A stretch of 64,000 bases of DNA from Ranitomeya imitator. Its lineage: Eukaryota. Location of the stretch: positions 220,720,001 to 220,784,000 of the forward strand of contig NC_091288.1 of the NCBI RefSeq assembly GCF_032444005.1. The letters are read 5' to 3'. The notes under the pieces were generated by a model. The model was given only the letters and a program-made list of their open reading frames with translations, was not told where the DNA came from and did no database searches. A program made the translations under genes and the position numbers. Numbering within the stretch: position 1 is the first letter of the stretch; the number at the start of each line of letters is the position of its first letter. Shown in pieces: positions 11,078 to 22,628 of this stretch.

Positions 11078-14000
11078 CATGTATCTCTGTATACAGGGAG
11101 CTCCCCCCAGTGGTGGCTGCAGACAGGATCTTATCATGTATCTCTGTATACAGGGAGCTCCCCCTAGTGGTGGCTGCAGACAGGATCTTATCATGTATCT
11201 CTGTATACAGGGAGCTCCCCCTAGTGGTGTCTGCAGACAGGATCTTATCATGTATCTCTGTATACAGGGAGCTCCCCCTAGTGGTGGCTGCAGACAGGAT
11301 CTTATCATGTATCTCTGTATACAGGGAGCTCCCCCTAGTGGTGACTGCAGACAGGATATTATGTATCTCTGTATACAGGGAGCTCCCCCCAGTGGTGGCT
11401 GCAGACAGGATCTTATCATGTATCTCTGTATACAGGGAGCTCCTCCTAGTGGTGGCTGCAGACAGGATCTTATCATGTATCTCTGTATACAGGGAGCTCC
11501 CCCTAGTGGTGGCTGCAGACAGGATCTTATCGTGTATCTCTGTATACAGGGAGCTCCCCCTAGTGGTGGCTGCAGACAGGATCTTATCGTGTATCTCTGT
11601 ATACAGGGAGCTCCCCCTAGTGGTGGCTGCAGACAGAATCTTATCATGTATCTCTGTATACAGGGAGCTCCCCCTAGTGGTGGCTGCAGACAGGATCTTA
11701 TCGTGTATCTCTGTATACAGGGAGCTCCCCCTAGTGGTGGCTGCAGACAGGATCTTATCGTGTATCTCTGTATACAGGGAGCTCCCCCTAGTGGTGGCTG
11801 CAGACAGGATCTTATCATGTATCTCTATATACAGGGAGCTCCTCCTAGTGGTGGCTGCAGACAGGATCTTATCATGTATCTCTGTATACAGGGAGCTCCC
11901 CCTAGTGGTGGCTGCAGACAGGATCTTATCATGTATCTCTGTATACAGGGAGCTCCCCCTAGTGATGGCTGCAGACAGGATCTTATCATGTATCTCTGTA
12001 TACAGGGAGCTCCCCCTAGTGGTGGCTGCAGACAGGATCTTATCATGTATCTCTGTATACAGGGAGCTCCCCCTAGTGGTGACCGCAGACAGAATCTTAT
12101 CATGTATCTCTGTATACAGGGAGCTCCCCCTAGTGGTGACTGCAGACAGGATCTTATCATGTATCTATGTACACAGGGAGCTCCCCCTAGTGGTGGCTGC
12201 AGACAGGATCTTATCATGTATCTCTGTATACAGGGAGCTCCCCCTAGTGGTGACTGCAGACAGGATATTATGTATCTCTGTATACAGGGAGCTCCCCCCA
12301 GTGGTGGCTGCAGACAGGATCTTATCATGTATCTCTGTATACAGGGAGCTCCCCCTAGTGGTGGCTGCAGACAGGATCTTATCATGTATCTCTATATACA
12401 GGGAGCTCCTCCTAGTGGTGACTGCAGACAGAATCTTATCATGTATCTCTGTATACAGGGAGCTCCCCCTAGTGGTGACTGCAGACAGGATCTTATCATG
12501 TATCTCTGTATACAGGGAGCTCCCCCTAGTGGTGACTGTAGACAGGATCTTATCATGTGTCTCTGTTTACAGGGAGCTCCCCCTAGTGGTGACTGCAGAC
12601 AGGATCTTATCATGTATCTCTGTATACAGGGAGCTCCCCCTAGTGGTGACTGTAGACAGGATCTTATCATGTATCTCTGTATACAGGGAGCTCCCCCCAG
12701 TGGTGGCTGCAGACAGGATCTTATCATGTATCTCTGTATACAGGGAGCTCCCCCTAGTGGTGGCTGCAGACAGAATCTTATCATGTATCTCTGTTTACAG
12801 GGAGCTCCCCCTAGTGGTGACTGCAGACAGGATCTTATCATGTATCTCTGTATACAGGGAGCTCCCCCTAGTGGTGACTGCAGACAGGATCTTATCATGT
12901 ATCTCTGTATACAGGGAGCTCCCCCTAGTGGTGACTGTAGACAGGATCTTATCATGTATCTCTGTATACAGGGAGCTCCCCCTAGTGGTGACTGCAGACA
13001 GGATCTTATCATGTATCTCTGTATACAGGGAGCTCCCCCTAGTGGTGACTGCAGACAGGATCTTATCATGTATCTCTGTATACAGGGAGCTCCCCCTAGT
13101 GGTGACTGTAGACAGGATCTTATCATGTATCTCTGTATACAGGGAGCTCCCCCTAGTGGTGACTGCAGACAGGATCTTATCATGTATCTCTGTATACAGG
13201 GAGCTCCCCCTAGTGGTGACTGCAGACAGGATCTTATCATGTATCTCTGTATACAGGGAGCTCCCCCTAGTGGTGACTGCAGACAGGATCTTATCATGTA
13301 TCTCTATATACAGGGAGCTCCCCCTAGTGGTGGCTGCAGACAGGATCTTATCATGTATCTCTGTATACAGGGAGCTCCCCCTAGTGGTGACTGCAGACAG
13401 GATCTTATCATGTATCTCTGTATACAGGGAGCTCCCCCTAGTGGTGACTGCAGACAGGATCTTATCATGTATCTCTGTATACAGGGAGCTCCCCCTAGTG
13501 GTGACTGTAGACAGGATCTTATCATGTATCTCTGTATACAGGGAGCTCCCCCTAGTGGTGACTGCAGACAGGATCTTATAATGTATCTCTGTATACAGGG
13601 AGCTCCCCCTAGTGGTGACTGCAGACAGGATCTTATCATGTATCTCTATATACAGGGAGCTCCCCCTAGTGGTGGCTGCAGACAGGATCTTATCATGTAT
13701 CTCTGTATACAGGGAGCTCCTCCTAGTGGTGACTGCAGACAGGATCCTATCATGTATCTCTGTACACAGGGAGCTCCCCCTAGTGGTGGCTGCAGACAGG
13801 ATCTTATCATGTATCTCTATATACAGGGAGCTCCCCCTAGTGGTGGCTGCAGACAGGATCTTATCATGTATCTCTGTATACAGGGAGCTCCCCCTAGTGG
13901 TGGCTGCAGACAGGATCTTATCATGTATCTCTGTATACAGGGAGCTCCCCCTAGTGGTGGCTGCAGACAGGATCTTATCATGTATCTCTGTACGCAGGGA

Positions 14001-17000
14001 GCTCCCCCTAGTGGTGGCTGCAGACAGGATCTTATGTATCTCTGTATACAGGAAGCTCCCCCTAGTGGTGGCTGCAGACAGGATCTTATCATACATCTAT
14101 GTACACAGGGAGCTCCCCCTAGTGGTGGCTGCAGACGGGATCTTATCATGTATCTCCGTATACAGGGAGCTCCCCCTAGTGGTGGCTGCAGACAGGATCT
14201 TATCTTGTATCTCTGTATACAGGGAGTTCCCCCTAGTGTGGGCTGCAGACAGGATCTTATCATGTATCTCTGTATACAGGGAGCTCCCCCTAGTGGTGGC
14301 TGCATACAGGATCTTATCATGTATCTCTGTATACAGGGAGCTCCCCCTAGTGGTGGCTGCAGACAGGATATTATCATGTATCTCTGTATACAGGGAGCTC
14401 CCCCTAGTGGTGGCTGCAGACGGGATCTTATCATGTATCTCTGTATACAGGGAGTTCCCCCTAGTGGTGACTGCAGACAGGATCTTATCATCTATCTCTG
14501 TATACAGGGAGCTCCCCCTAGTGGTGACTGCAGACAGGATATTATCATGTATCTCTGTATACAGGGAGTTCCCCCTAGTGGTGGCTGCAGACAGGATCTT
14601 ATCATGTATCTCTGTATACAGGGAGCTCCCCCTAGTGGTGGCTGCATACAGGATCTTATCATGTATCTCTGTATACAGGGAGCTCCCCCTAGTGGTGGCT
14701 GCAGACAGGATATTATCATGTATCTCTGTATACAGGGAGCTCCCCCTAGTGGTGGCTGCATACAGGATCTTATCATGTATCTCTGTATACAGGGAGCTCC
14801 CCCTAGTGGTGGCTGCAGACAGGATATTATCATGTATCTCTGTATACAGGGAGCTCCCCCTAGTGGTGGCTGCAGACAGGATCTTATCATCTATCTCTGT
14901 ATACAGGGAGCTCCCCCTAGTGGTGACTGCAGACAGGATGTTATCATGTATCTCTGTATACAGGGAGCTCCCCCTAGTGGTGACTGCAGACAGGATCTTA
15001 TCATGTATCTCTGTACGCAGGGAGCTCCCCCTAGTGGTGACTGCAGACAGGATCTTATCATGTATCTCTGTATACAGGGAGCTCCCCCTAGTGGTGGCTG
15101 CAGACAGGATCTTATCATTTATCTCTGTATACAGGGAGCTCCCCCTAGTGGTGGCTGCAGACAGAATCTTATCATGTATCTCTGTATACAGGGAGCTCCC
15201 CCTAGTGGTGACTGCAGACAGGATCTTATCATGTATCTCTGTACGCAGGGAGCTCCCCCTAGTGGTGACTGCAGACAGGATCTTATCATGTATCTCTGTA
15301 TACAGGGAGCTCCCCCTAGTGGTGGCTGCAGACAGAATCTTATCATGTATCTCTGTACGCAGGGAGCTCCCCCTAGTGGTGACTGCAGACAGGATCTTAT
15401 CATTTATCTCTGTATACAGGGAGCTCCCCCTAGTGGTGGCTGCAGACAGAATCTTATCATGTATCTCTGTATACAGGGAGCTCCCCCTAGTGGTGGCTGC
15501 AGACAGAATCTTATCATGTATCTCTGTATACAGGGGGCTCCCCCTAGTGGTGGCTGCAGACAGGATCTTATCATGTATCTCTATATACAGGGAGCTCCCC
15601 CTAGTGGTGGCTGCAGACAGGATCCTATCATGTATCTCTGTATACAGGGAGCTCCCCCTAGTGGTGGCTGCAGACAGGATCCTATCATGTATCTCTGTAT
15701 ACAGGGAGCTCCCCCTAGTGGTGGCTGCAGACAGGATCTTATCATGTATCTCTGTACACAGGGAGCTCCCCCTAGTGGTGGCTGCAGACAGGATCTTATC
15801 ATGTATCTCTATATACAGGGAGCTCCCCCTAGTGGTGGCTGCAGACAGGATCTTATCATGTATCTCTGTATACAGGGAGCTCCCCCTAGTGGTGGCTGCA
15901 GACAGGATCTTATGTATCTCTGTATACAGGAAGCTCCCCCTAGTGGTGGCTGCAGACAGGATCTTATCATACATCTATGTATACAGGGAGCTCCCCCTAG
16001 TGGTGGCTGCAGACGGGATCTTATCATGTATCTCCGTATACAGGGAGCTCCCCCTAGTGGTGGCTGCAGACAGGATCTTATCTTGTATCTCTGTATACAG
16101 GGAGTTCCCCCTAGTGGTGGCTGCAGACAGAATCTTATCATGTATCTCTGTATACAGGGAGTTCCCCCTAGTGGTGGCTGCAGACAGGATATTATCATGT
16201 ATCTCTGTATACAGGGAGCTCCCCCTAGTGGTGGCTGCAGACAGGATATTATCATGTATCTCTGTATACAGGGAGCTCCCCCTAGTGGTGGCTGCAGACG
16301 GGATCTTATCATGTATCTCTGTATACAGGGAGTTCCCCCTAGTGGTGGCTGCAGACAGGATCTTATCTTGTATCTCTGTATACAGGGAGTTCCCCCTAGT
16401 GGTGGCTGCAGACAGGATCTTATCATGTATCTCTGTATACAGGGAGCTCCCCCTAGTGGTGTCTACAGACAAGATCTTATCATGTATCTCTGTATACAGG
16501 GAGCTCCCCCTAGTGGTGGCTGCAGACAGAATCTTATCTTGTATCTCTGTATACAGGGAGTTCCCCCTAGTGGCGGCTGCAGACAGGATCTTATCATGTA
16601 TCTCTGTATACAGGGAGCTCCCCCTAGTGGTGACTGCAGACAGGATCTTATCATGTATCTCTGTATACAGGGAGTTCCCCCTAGTGGTGGCTGCAGACAG
16701 GATCTTATCATGTATCTCTGTATACAGGGAGTTCCCCCTAGTGGTGGCTGCAGACAGAATCTTATCTTGTATCTCTGTATACAGGGAGTTCCCCCTAGTG
16801 GTGGCTGCAGACGGGATCTTATCATGTATATCTGTATACAGGGAGCTCCCCCTAGTGGTGGCTGCAGACGGGATCTTATCATGTATCTCTGTATACAGGG
16901 AGTTCCCCCTAGTGGTGGCTGCAGACAGGATCTTATCTTGTATCTCTGTATACAGGGAGTTCCCCCTAGTGGTGGCTGCAGACAGAATCTTATCTTGTAT

Positions 17001-18276
17001 CTCTGTATACAGGGAGCTCCCCCTAGTGGTGGCTGCAGACAGGATCTTATCATGTATCTCTGTATACAGGGAGCTCCCACTAGTGGTGGCTGCAGACAGG
17101 ATCTTATCATGTATCTCTGTATACAGGGAGCTCCCCCTAGTGGTGGCTGCAGACGGGATCTTATCATGTATCTCTGTATACAGGGAGCTCCCCCTAGTGG
17201 TGGCTGCAGACAGGATATTATCATGTATCTCTGTATACAGGGAGCTCCCCCTAGTGGTGGCTGCAGACGGGATCTTATCATGTATCTCTGTATACAGGGA
17301 GCTCCCCCTAGTGGTGGCTGCAGACGGGATCTTATCATGTATCTTTATATACAGGGAGCTCCCCCTAGTGGTGGCTGCAGACAGGATCTTATCATGTATC
17401 TCTATATACAGGGAGCTCCCCCTAGTGGTGGCTGCAGACAGGATCTTATCATGTATCTCTGTATACAGGGAGCTCCCCCTAGTGGTGGCTGCAGACAGGA
17501 TATTATCATGTATCTCTGTATACAGGGAGCTCCCCCTAGTGGTGGCTGCAGACGGGATCTTATCATGTATCTCTGTATACAGGGAGCTCCCCCTAGTGGT
17601 GGCTGCAGACGGGATCTTATCATGTATCTTTATATACAGGGAGCTCCCCCTAGTGGTGGCTGCAGACGGGATCTTATCATGTATCTCTATATACAGGGAG
17701 CTCCCCCTAGTGGTGACAGCAGACAGGATGTTATCATGTATCTCTGTATACAGGGAGCTCCCCCTAGTGGTGGCTGCAGACAGGATCTTATCATGTATCT
17801 CTGTATACAGGGAGCTCCCCCTAGTGGTGGCTGCAGACGGGATCTTATCATGTATCTCCGTATACAGGGAGCTCCCCCTAGTGGTGGCTGCAGACAGGAT
17901 CTTATCATGTATCTCTGTACGCAGGGAGCTCCCCCTAGTGGTGACTGCAGACAGGATCTTATCATGTATCTCTATATACAGGGAGCTCCCCCTAGTGGTG
18001 GCTGCAGACGGGATCTTATCATGTATCTCTATATACAGGGAGCTCCCCCTAGTGGTGGCTGCAGACAGGATATTATCATGTATCTCTGTATACAGGGAGC
18101 TCCCCCTAGTGGTGGCTGCAGACAGGATCTTATCATGTATCTCTGTATACAGGGAGCTCCCCCTAGTGGTGGCTGCAGACAGGATCTTATCATGTATCTC
18201 TGTATACAGGGAGCTCCCCCTAGTGGTGGCTGCAGACAGGATCTTATCATGTATCTCTGTACGCAGGGAGCTCCCC
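11078..18276. repeat. 57-bp satellite, block 1 (~126 units), with a CTCF-like motif in each unit
   Basis: Unit ATGTATCTCTGTATACAGGGAGCTCCCCCTAGTGGTGGCTGCAGACAGGATCTTATC; occasional 54-bp variants. Confidence 0.97.
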
Positions 18277-19089
18277 TGTTATGATCTGGTGGTTAGGACA
18301 AATAGTGGACCTGGTATTTAGAGCACCCGTAAAGACCTGATAGCATATTAATACAGGACAAGCTCTTGGAAGTGGAACCTCTGCTGACCGCAATCCCTAA
18401 TCCTATCACGCACACTAGAAATAGCCGTGGAGCGCTCCTATCATGACCTAGGCGCCTCGTCACAGCCTCAGAACTAGCTAGCCCTAGAGATATGAAAAAT
18501 AAGCCTATCTTGCCTCAGAGAAAATTCCCCAAAGGAGAAGGCAGCCCCCCACATATATTGACTGTGAGTAAGATGAAATCACAAACACAGAGATGAAATA
18601 GATTTAGCAAAGAGAGGCCCGACTTACTAAACAGACAGAAGATAGGAAAGGTCACTTTGCAGTCAGCAAAAAACCCTACAAAAGCCACACAGAGAGTGCA
18701 GGGAAAAATACCTTCCGCACCGACTAACGGAGCGGAGGCGCCCCTCTGCGTCCCAGAGATTCCAGCAAGCAAGGCAAAATTCACATAAGCATGCTGGACA
18801 GAAAAAATAGCAAACAAGAAAAAAGCAAAGCAAAACTTAGCTTTTGCTGGAGGAAACAGGTAACCAGGAAGATCCAGGAGCGAACTAGACCAATGCTACA
18901 ACATTGACAGCTGGCATCGGACAAGGATCCAAGTGGAGTTAAATAGAGCAGCCCACTAACGAATTAGCCTCGTCACCTGTAGAAGGAAACTCAGAAACAC
19001 CCACAGGCATCAGAGAAAGTCCATGGACCGAACCAGCCAAAGTACCATTCATGACCACAGGAGGGAGCCCGAAAACAGAAATCACAACA
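18277..19089 (-). mobile_element. Solo LTR (probably Ty3/Gypsy) inserted in the satellite
   Basis: 813 bp, termini TGTTATGAT...ATCACAACA (TG..CA, 8/9 inverted match); flanks CTCCCC/CTCCTC (6-bp duplication, 1 mismatch); TATA-like CTATTTAA on the minus strand near 18945; no coding sequence. Confidence 0.8.
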
Positions 19090-21405
19090 CTCCTCCTAGT
19101 GGTGGCTGCAGACAGGGTCTTGTGTATCTCTGTATACAGGGAGCTCCCCCTAGTGGTGTCTGTGGACAGGATCTTATGTATCTCTGTATACAGGGAGCTC
19201 CCCCTAAGTGGTGTCTGTGGACAGGATCTTATCATGTATCTCTGTATACAGGGAGCTCCCCCTAGTGGTGACTGCAGACAGGATCTTATCATGTATCTCT
19301 GTATACAGGGAGCTCCCCCTAGTGGTGGCTGCAGACAGGATCTTATCATGTATCTCTGTATACAGGGAGCTCCCCCCTAGTGGTGGCTGCAGACAGGATC
19401 TTATCATGTATCTCTGTATACAGGGAGCTCCCCCTAGTGGTGACTGCAGACAGGATCTTATCATGTATCTCGTATACAGGGAGCTCCCCCTAGTGGTGAC
19501 TGCAGACAGGATCTTATCTTGTATCTCTGTATACAGGGAGCTCCCCCTAGTGGTGACTGCAGACAGGATCTTATCATGTATCTCTGTATACAGGGGGCTC
19601 CCCCTAGTGGTGGCTGCAGACAGGATCTTATCATGTATCTCTGTATACAGGGAGCTCCCCCTAGTGGTGACTGCAGACAGTATCTTATCATGTATCTCTG
19701 TATACAGGGAGCTCCCCATAGTGGTGACTGCAGACAGGATCTTATCATGTAACTCTGTATACAGGGAGCTCCCCCTAGTGGTGACTGCAGACAGAATCTT
19801 ATCATGTATCTCTATATACAGGGCGTTTCCCCTAGTGCTGACTGCAGACAGGATATTATCATGTATCCATGTATACAGGGAGCTCCCCCTAGTGGTGGCT
19901 GCAGACAGGATCTTATCATGTATCTCTGTATACAGGGAGCTCCCCCTAGTGGTGACTGCAGACAGGATCTTATCATGTATCTCTATATACAGGGAGCTCC
20001 CCCTAGTGGTGACTGCAGACAGGATCTTATCATGTATCTCTGTATACAGGGAGCTCCCCCTAGTGGTGGCTGCAGACAGGATCTTATCATGTATCTCTGT
20101 ATACAGGGAGCTCCCCCTAGTGGTGGCTGCAGACAGGATCTTATCATGTATCTCTGTATACAGGGGGCTCCCCCTAGTGGTGGCTGCAGACAGGATCTTA
20201 TCATCTATCTCTGTATATAGAGAGCTCCCCCTAGTGGTGACTGCAGACAGGATCTTATGATGTATCTCTGTATACAGGGAGCTCCCCCTAGTGGTGTCTG
20301 CAGACAGGATCTTATCATGTATCTCTGTATACAGGGAGCTCCCCCTAGTGGTGACTGCAGACAGGATCTTATCATGTAACTCTGTATACAGGGAGCTCCC
20401 CCTAGTGGTGGCTGCAGACAGGATCTTATCATCTATCTCTGTATATAGAGAGCTCCCCCTAGTGGTGACTGCAGACAGGATCTTATCATGTATCTCTGTA
20501 TACAGGGAGCTCCCCCTAGTGGTGACTGCAGACAGGATCTTATCATGTATCTCTGTATACAGGGAGCTCCCCCTACAGGTGGCTGCAGACAGGATCTTAT
20601 CATGTATCTCTGTATACAGGGAGCTCCCCCTAGTGGTGGCTGCAGACTGGATCTTATCATGTATCTCTGTATACAGGGAGCTCCCCCTAGTGGGGGCTGC
20701 AGACAGGATCTTATCATGTATCTCTGTATACAGGCAGCTCCCCCTAGTGGTGACTGCAGACAGGGTCTTGTGTATCTCTGTATACAGGGAGCTCCCCCTA
20801 GTGGTGTCTGCAGACAGGATCTTATGTATCTCTGTATACAGGGAGCTCCCCCTAGTGGTGACTGCAGACGGGATCTTATCATGTATCTCTGTATACAGGG
20901 AGCTCCCCCTAGTGGTGGCTGCAGACGGAATCTTATCATGTATCTCTGTATACAGGGAGCTCCCCCTAGTGGTGACTGCAGACGGGATCTTACCGTGTAT
21001 CTCTGTATACAGGGAGCTCCCCCTAGTGGTGGCTGCAGACGGGATCTTACCGTGTATCTCTGTATACAGGGAGCTCCCCCTAGTGGTGGCTGCAGACGGG
21101 ATCTTACCGTGTATCTCTGTATACAGGGAGCTCCCCCTAGTGGTGGCTGCAGACGGGATATTATCGTGTATCTCTGTATACAGGGAGCTCCCCCTAGTGG
21201 TGGCCGCGGACAGGATCTTATCACGTATCTCTGTATACAGGGAGCTCCCCCTAGTGGTGACTGCAGACTGGATCTTATCACGTATCTCTGTATACAGGGA
21301 GCTCCCCCTAGTGGTGACTGCAGACAGGATCTTATCATGTATCTCTGTATACAGGGAGCTCCCCCTAGTGGTGACTGCAGGCAGGATCTTATGTATCTCT
21401 GTATA
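19090..21405. repeat. 57-bp satellite, block 2 (~40 units)
   Basis: Same unit as block 1, more degenerate, with 1-bp indels. Confidence 0.95.
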
Positions 21406-22124
21406 TAGGAGCCATATAGAGATACATAAGCCAATGTGTAACTGGGTGAATAAGACAGGATTTGGTGCTCTGTATCAGAACACGTATAAACTTTTATTAT
21501 ATAATTTATTAGTACACAAAATAAACAATATTTTAATTTTAAGAAAAATTGTCCGACAGATATTATTGTTTTTAACATTCAATTGATACAAAATTGTCAA
21601 CAACCTATAAATCATATATGTTATCGTTTTCTCTATCAATATTTAGTTTTATTTACTGCAAGTTTAATAAATTAATGAAAATCTCTTGGAGTCACAGACG
21701 CGATATCTGGAATTACACGGTACACGGACCGCCAATGCTGGATGTGTTCCAGACGTCTGGGAATCCTGAGAAAATCTCACCCCATAGGGGACAAGTGACA
21801 GCAGCGCAGGATCACGCCCCAATAATGAGAATGGAAGACGTGGGAACATCTGAGCGGGCGCTCCGCCGGCCCTGACCTCGCTCATCATGATGGGCGTCCT
21901 GTTACTCCTCTATGAAAGTCTTATCTGTTTAGCGCCCCCTAGAGGACACAGATCCAGTGCATCCTATTCAGTCATATCGGAAGATCTGCTTTGGTCTCCT
22001 AAGAACATGAAATGGCCTCAACGGTCCAGAAAAGCTAATGAAGACATCACTCTACAATCTTGATGGTAGTTGCCACTTTTTTGGGCTTATGTCTCCTTTG
22101 GGGTCTGATGATGGCGGTCACTCT

Positions 22125-22628
22125 TCACTCCGCTTTGGGCACCAGCTTTTGGGTGTCTTCAGGCGTTGAACCATTGCTATTACCTTGGTCATCGGGCATC
22201 TGATCCTTCTTCTTCGCTATATGCCCAATAATCCCCCCCACACCTCCTCCAACTCCTGTCCCAATAGCCCCTCCGACGGACCCTCCGACCGCCCCGCCGA
22301 TTATCACCGCCTCCGTAGCCAGGACTGTTCCAGCCACGGCTGCTCCCACGATTCCTCCCGCCAAGCTGAGGATCCCTCCACCCACCGCACACCCGATCCC
22401 CACCGCGCACTTTGTGAAGCGCTTGGAGTATTCGGAGCAGAATTTCTCCACTTCTTGGTCCAGTAGAGCCTTCATCTCGCAGATGAGATTTTTCCTCGCG
22501 GTGTCATTGCTGCCCCTCAGATTCTGCTCGTACTCCTGAAGGAGCCGCAAGGCCTCCTCGCTGACCACCTCCCTCATATTGGAGGGCCTGACCTTCAGCA
22601 CCTTGATAGGAGAAGACGAGCTGGGAGC
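22125..22628 (-). CDS. rnf112: Copy B terminal exon: Gly-zipper membrane hairpin and acidic tail
   Basis: AVGIGCAVGGGILSLAGGIVGAAVAGTVLATEAVIIGGAVGGSVGGAIGTGVGGGVGGIIG...EDTQKLVPKAE*. Confidence 0.9.
   Translation of the reverse strand, partial: APSSSSPIKVLKVRPSNMREVVSEEALRLLQEYEQNLRGSNDTARKNLICEMKALLDQEVEKFCSEYSKRFTKCAVGIGCAVGGGILSLAGGIVGAAVAGTVLATEAVIIGGAVGGSVGGAIGTGVGGGVGGIIGHIAKKKDQMPDDQGNSNGSTPEDTQKLVPKAE

Noticed and set aside
11015-21586. Many long ORFs on both strands (up to 2401 aa)
   Set aside because: They are translations of a 57-bp (3n) tandem repeat, open in several frames and on both strands, with no domain or splice context; not called as CDS.
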